DNA of 46,751 bases. It comes from Trichomonas gallinae. Its lineage: Eukaryota. This document shows positions 41,678 through 46,751 of this stretch, piece after piece. Below the pieces are notes generated by a model, which ran no database searches, was not told the origin of the DNA, and worked only from the letters and a program-made list of their open reading frames with translations. The first letter of the stretch is position 1; the number at the start of each line of letters is the position of its first letter. Location of the stretch: positions 1 through 46,751 of the forward strand of contig MRSU01009278.1 in the NCBI GenBank assembly GCA_008369845.1, in the 5' to 3' direction. Made by a program: the position numbers and the translations under genes.

Positions 41678-44600
41678 TTATTTACAAACAACTTTCGCGC
41701 AAATATCATTTCGCTTTGATTTATGCATGTTTTCGTCGAAGAATGAGATATACCATGGAATAACTTTGGCGAGAACGTCAGGACGATTCGTGCAGACTTT
41801 CTCTCTGTACACAGAAGCTACAGTGTCGCCGAAGTCAACGACAAAGAAGCAGTTGTTTGGGTGCGAAAGATAATCGTCGACTTTTCTGCTGCACCAAATC
41901 AGCCTTGGAATGTTTTCGTGGCTCTCTGAGCTGGTTATAGTGTAGACAACTTTCATCCTGTAGCATTTAAAGACAATCTTGTCTTCTTCCTTTTCGCCCA
42001 GCATCTGCATGAATCTCTCGAAGTTCTCGGTTCTTTGGCTGCATATTATTTCCGCGTGGAATGTTTCGAAGCCTTGCATTCCTATGATTGTCCTCTTGCA
42101 AGGATGCCTGTTAAACAGCGAATAATACGAGTTAAGCTTGTCATCTTCCGATAAATCCTTAAGTTTTTGCTCTTCTATGTCTGGAAGTTTGATATTTGGA
42201 AGATTTGTTTCTGGAAAATTGAAATCTTTAGGTGATAACCATTCAGTTGTGCCTAATACCTTGGAAAGCTCCATTTCAACATCAAGTTGCTCCTTTAAAA
42301 TGTTGTTATTCGATTGTTTGATTTCGAATTTAACTTGATTTTCTTTTTTGTGTGGTTCTGGGAGAATTGGATGAAGTTTTGGATCAACTTTTCCGTATAT
42401 ATTTGACTGTTTAACAAGAATTGAATCAGAATCCCAAAAATTATTTGGTTCATTCATGTCTAAGGCATCGAGAATTGCAAATTCCGTTAGCCTAACCATA
42501 GACTTGTACTTCTCATTTGGAAGTTTCGAGAATTTCGAACTAATTTTCGAAATATTCTTTGTTTTCGAAATATTCTTTGTTGACACGCAAATATCTTGAT
42601 AAGCAAGTAAAGATGCTGAGAATATGTCCCAATTATGCTCGAATGTCTTCTTATTATCTAAAACTAATGAAGGAATTTTGCTTTGAATGAAAATCGAAGG
42701 ACAAATGTGTGCTAAAGCAGATATAGCTGAAATAATCTCAACAGAGATGTTGTCTTTCAAGCATTTTTCAATTAAACTGACAGATTTTTGTGGTGTTTGA
42801 GAAATCATCGAATAATCCGCTGCAAGATTGATAAAAACGTTTGCCAGAGGTTTCTTGAAACTGGAATCTGCTACTTCAATGATTTTATCTGCAAGGCTAT
42901 GATTTAAAGCTAAAGCAGAGCGAGCAATAATTATTTTAGAAACGGAATCGAATGGAATCCTCTCATCAATCATGTAGTTAGCTACTGTGACAATGATTTG
43001 ATGCATGGCAACAGAATGTGATAAAGATATTTCTACGACGTTATCATATAAATCAATCTTCTTCTTTAAGTTTTGCGTGATTATTTCTGATAATTTATTG
43101 ATGTACTTGATGTCTAGATCAGGGATGCACATACTTAAATTGAAAATCGTCTCGAAATTTTCATAAGTCATAATATTTATAGGAATTGCAGTGAGAAGGA
43201 ACTTACACATGTCCTGATAGTTAGATGATGGATGTGGAGTTAAATTTGCAAGGTATTTGATGATTTTCGCGATAGAAAGCAACAATGAGAAATTTTCAGC
43301 AACAGGGAAAACTTCTAATAAGCCTGCCAGGTAGTCTTTGACTTCCTGGTAAGTCCAATCGATGAAACCCATCTTTGTGAAGTACGGAAGAATAGAAACA
43401 GTCGAGTTAGGAAAAATATGTCTTTCTAAAGCGACATGATCAGTAATTGCTTCAGGAGGTAGGTGAAATTCTGAGATTTTGGTGCCAAAAATGGCTGGAA
43501 CTGCGCAAATTATGAATTGCGCTGCATATTGATTAAAAATTGAACGAAGATCTTTGAGATTTGACATTGATGTTGCTATGTATTTCCAGCAATCAATCGA
43601 AGTGAGCTTATATAGATAAGTAAATTCGAAGAACATTCTATAGATTTGCAGAGAAAATCGTACAGCGTTGTTCATGCTGTCTGTTGCAATGAAGAAGAAA
43701 GCTGTTGAGAGGACGATGAAGTATTGGGTGTTCAAACCCATTTTAATTAGGATTTTAATGTAAGCGCGAAATCTTAAAATTGAAATCATTGATTTTTCAA
43801 TGTCTGGGTAGAATCTTTCGATGTCTCTAAGTAGGAGAACTATAATGGACGTAATGTAGTGCTGAGATTGTTTCGATAGCATTGGAATAACTTGTAATAA
43901 AGTATTTTTGTAAGATTTTGAGAATTTATAAGAAATGTTTGAAAATGCGTATGAATCATTTGTAATTGTTGGATTTTCTTGCGATAATTCTCCATGAAAC
44001 AGGTTAATTGCGATTGCAGAAATCAAAACTCCGTATTTTTCAATGTCTTGATATACTATATTTTGCAGGAACTGTGTAACTACAATGCAAGAGTTAAAAT
44101 CCTCTGTAGTAAATAAATCAATTTGTGGTTTTAATTGTGAAATATCATAAATGAAGTAACAAACAGAGCTAATTGCCTGTTTAGAAAGAGTTTTTGGAGT
44201 ATATTTCGACTGTGATGTGTCCTTTGTCTCGAAATCCATCAATTGCTGGAAGATTATGTTAGTAAATATCTTCCACCAGTATCTAGCTGCTTCATTTGAT
44301 ATGTCAGAGATTTTCGAGCGAATAAATGATATGTACGTGTGTGATAATGCATTTTGAGGCGGGAAAAATGGAACAATGCAGATATTCCATCGATTATAAT
44401 CTGGAAATTTAGCGATACCGGTTGTTACACTCCAGAATATAACTATCCATAGCATTTGCATAAGTTCGTCGTCAGGAGAAAAGTTTGTTATCAAAGCAAG
44501 AATTTTTTCGAAAAAATCAATAAATTTATCTGTGACAATTTCTCCGTTTGCCTGTCTTAGATAAGTGTACATGACTTTGGATAAACTCTTCATTGAGTTT

Positions 44601-44770
44601 TTCGTTGATTCAGAAAGTGATGTTTTCCGATTATCCACAGAAGTGATGTAATTAAGGACGGCTGGTTCCATTTCCAGGAATCCTTGGTATACCTCTGTTG
44701 GCTGCTTCGATGGAACGCAGATTTTACAGAAATTTTTTACTGCAGAATTGAAATTTTTCTCAAGCTGCAT
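41678..44770 (-). CDS. Large helical protein with degenerate C-terminal Rap/Ral-GAP-like domain
   Basis: 1030-aa ORF; ETFHAEII...NFERFMQMLG...KVVY...RLIW follows the RapGAP motif order; the stop lies in TAAA. The domain call is tentative. Confidence 0.7.
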   Translation of the reverse strand: MQLEKNFNSAVKNFCKICVPSKQPTEVYQGFLEMEPAVLNYITSVDNRKTSLSESTKNSMKSLSKVMYTYLRQANGEIVTDKFIDFFEKILALITNFSPDDELMQMLWIVIFWSVTTGIAKFPDYNRWNICIVPFFPPQNALSHTYISFIRSKISDISNEAARYWWKIFTNIIFQQLMDFETKDTSQSKYTPKTLSKQAISSVCYFIYDISQLKPQIDLFTTEDFNSCIVVTQFLQNIVYQDIEKYGVLISAIAINLFHGELSQENPTITNDSYAFSNISYKFSKSYKNTLLQVIPMLSKQSQHYITSIIVLLLRDIERFYPDIEKSMISILRFRAYIKILIKMGLNTQYFIVLSTAFFFIATDSMNNAVRFSLQIYRMFFEFTYLYKLTSIDCWKYIATSMSNLKDLRSIFNQYAAQFIICAVPAIFGTKISEFHLPPEAITDHVALERHIFPNSTVSILPYFTKMGFIDWTYQEVKDYLAGLLEVFPVAENFSLLLSIAKIIKYLANLTPHPSSNYQDMCKFLLTAIPINIMTYENFETIFNLSMCIPDLDIKYINKLSEIITQNLKKKIDLYDNVVEISLSHSVAMHQIIVTVANYMIDERIPFDSVSKIIIARSALALNHSLADKIIEVADSSFKKPLANVFINLAADYSMISQTPQKSVSLIEKCLKDNISVEIISAISALAHICPSIFIQSKIPSLVLDNKKTFEHNWDIFSASLLAYQDICVSTKNISKTKNISKISSKFSKLPNEKYKSMVRLTEFAILDALDMNEPNNFWDSDSILVKQSNIYGKVDPKLHPILPEPHKKENQVKFEIKQSNNNILKEQLDVEMELSKVLGTTEWLSPKDFNFPETNLPNIKLPDIEEQKLKDLSEDDKLNSYYSLFNRHPCKRTIIGMQGFETFHAEIICSQRTENFERFMQMLGEKEEDKIVFKCYRMKVVYTITSSESHENIPRLIWCSRKVDDYLSHPNNCFFVVDFGDTVASVYREKVCTNRPDVLAKVIPWYISFFDENMHKSKRNDICAKVVCK

Positions 44771-44850
44771 TAAAAAATCTGAAGAATATTATGGAAAATG
44801 CCAACAACATTCGAATACAAATCTATTTATACAAAAAAACGCTTAGGCAA

Positions 44851-44883
44851 TTTTGACATGTAAACTCGATTTTGTCATGTAAA
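44851..44883. promoter_or_regulatory. Direct repeat TTTTGWCATGTAAA x2
   Basis: TTTTGACATGTAAA at 44851 and TTTTGTCATGTAAA at 44870, about 80 bp upstream of the ATG at 44770. Confidence 0.5.
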
Positions 44884-45069
44884 TTTTCTTTCTTTATCAT
44901 TATCTTTCTCTAAAATCAGTTCACTAGTTATGATGTCTTTGATCAATTGGTTTATATAAGTATTGACAATATATATAGAAACTTTATTTTTGAAAGCAGC
45001 ATGAAAAGAAACTTTATAATAGGCAATACATCATTTATTAATGCTGCATGAAAAAAAAAACACCTTTAT

Positions 45070-46017
45070 TTACCAATTAAGAGAGATAATAGATAACATG
45101 TAGCCCTCACGATGAAGAAGACCATAGTTGAAATATTAGTTGCATGTGTAGACAACATTTTCTTTATTTTGATGATTGTTGCTGCAGTTCTCATTTTTTG
45201 TTTGCTTGTGGAAGCAGTCATTCATTGGGAAAAGATTCATTTGGATGTCCAGTGAATCTATTCTTTCAACGAATTGCAAATCATCTGTGTTAGATGATTC
45301 GTTGTTACTATTCACTAAGCAATGATCAAATTTTATTGTTCCATATGCTAATTGTTTTCCACAACAATCATTATTTGTCAACACGCAATTTTTCAATTCG
45401 ATATCTCCATTAAAAAATACTCCAGTTCCCAGAAAATTCGTTACAAACGAAGAGGACTCAATATAACTTTTTTCTCTTACAATGAACAATCGACCAGAAA
45501 ATGCAATATTACTTTCAAATACATAAAACTTCACTATTGGAAAATTTTGGCATTCAATGAATTCTCCTGACATGTTATTCTTTGATGAGTTTGAGTCAGA
45601 AATATTCATTTGATTAAATTTCATAAACCTTGTTGACCGTAAATCTCCATTTCTAACAAAATTTGTCAAAATTTGACAACTATTGGAATTATAAGATAAT
45701 GCTATTACATTGCTACCTCTTGAGGTAATATTTGAAAAACATGAGCATAATGTTATAAGCTTGGTGTTGTAGGAGCCAACATAAATTGTTGACAATTCTG
45801 TATCGGTAAAAATATTGTTTAAAGTGCATTTTTCCATGAAAATTATTATATTCGATGCCGTAGTATATAATACAGTACCATGTATTCGATCAAACTCAAC
45901 TTGATAAATACATGTATTCTCTTGAATGTAAATTTCACCATTATAATCGACATGTTTGTCATTTATAAAATAGTCAGACCATTGTTGTGTCAAGTACAAC
46001 GAAATCGTGTGAAACAC
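45070..46017 (-). pseudogene. Probable pseudogene of an Asn/Cys-rich parallel beta-helix-like surface protein family
   Basis: ORF 45136-46017 starts at GTG with an in-frame TGA just upstream; beta-helix-like repeats (CTLNNI, CFSNI, FESN, FVTN). The frame stays open for about 21 codons after the TAA at 45136 and ends in a hydrophobic tail plus TAAATAAA. Confidence 0.5.
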
Positions 46018-46751
46018 TTCTATTTTTCATGCAATCTTTGCAAAACAAATATGAAGAGGTTATTTTTTGACGATCAGTATCTTCAAAATTGTGTATAAGC
46101 AAGTCATGAAAAATGCCACCAATTTATTCAACACCAGTGTAACTATTTATCTCAAAGGATCTATATTCTTCGTTTTCGAAATGAAAAGGTGCATTCTTAA
46201 TCTAAATACAGATGTGAAATTATTAAAATCAACTCTCTGGCTTGATTTAGTGTCGACACTTTGGAAAACCATGGCATAATAGGACAATTTCACGATTATT
46301 GTTCATATATTAGTTGTTTTCATTTCTATATTAATAACATAACTTTATACAGTTTTAGCTAAGAATGTTCTATATATAAATAGTTTCACTTTTTCCTATA
46401 TAACACTTATGAAGGATTGAAGTAGTGTTACAAAAAATAGCTGTCAAATAAGGAAACATACAGTGTCAGATTGTCAAATATTTTTAAAATGTCAGAATGA
46501 CAACGTTGTCAATTTGTAAAATCATTTTCAAAATAAGGTTAAACATTTTTCAACAAGTTTGCAATTTCCATCCTTTTTTACATCATATTCTAAGACAGAT
46601 ATAAGGGCAGCTGGCTGCATTAATATCGGTTTCATCTTCTTTGAAGGTATCTGACGAAATCAAAATCAATTTCAATAGAAGTGTTTCAACTCGCTTTCTG
46701 GCTTTGTAATAGGATTTGAGATCTCAAAGTTATAAAGTATCATTTTTATGT

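Noticed and set aside
74..46017. Strong minus-strand gene bias suggesting polycistronic transcription
   Set aside because: Many genes show their own Inr/M5-like and TAAA signals, and plus-strand genes interrupt the run.
1..46751. tRNA, rRNA or snRNA genes
   Set aside because: No cloverleaf, T-loop consensus or rRNA-like segment was recognised in the intergenic DNA.

Overview
Eukaryotic, AT-rich, intron-free genomic DNA with the hallmarks of a trichomonad, most likely Trichomonas vaginalis or a close relative. These include short 5' leaders with TCA(C/T)TTT initiator elements, TAAA signals overlapping TAA stops, and typical expanded families (R2R3 Myb, CAMK kinase, LRR, ARM). About 19 single-exon genes are present, 16 of them on the minus strand: a GT61 glycosyltransferase, ARM-repeat proteins, a minimal Pcf11-like protein, two CARMIL-like PH-LRR proteins, Nse2/Mms21, a CAMK kinase, an NXF1/Mex67-like protein, Myb, LCAT/PLA2, an FKBP15-like acidic protein, a SAC9-like pseudophosphatase, SPAG17/PF6-like, importin-alpha-like and a degenerate RalGAP-like protein. 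Several starts in the ORF track are TTG/GTG and were corrected to ATG. The most notable observations are: (1) a probable Maverick/Polinton terminus at the left edge truncating the GT61 gene; (2) an 11-bp motif TG(A/T)CATGTAAA seen 13 times, only between genes, often paired or palindromic and positioned just upstream of start codons; (3) a protein joining an FKBP15/WAFL-type WH1 domain to FAM21-like 'DLF' repeats, next to CARMIL-like and SAC9-like genes. All family calls are from motif recognition by eye; no database search was run.
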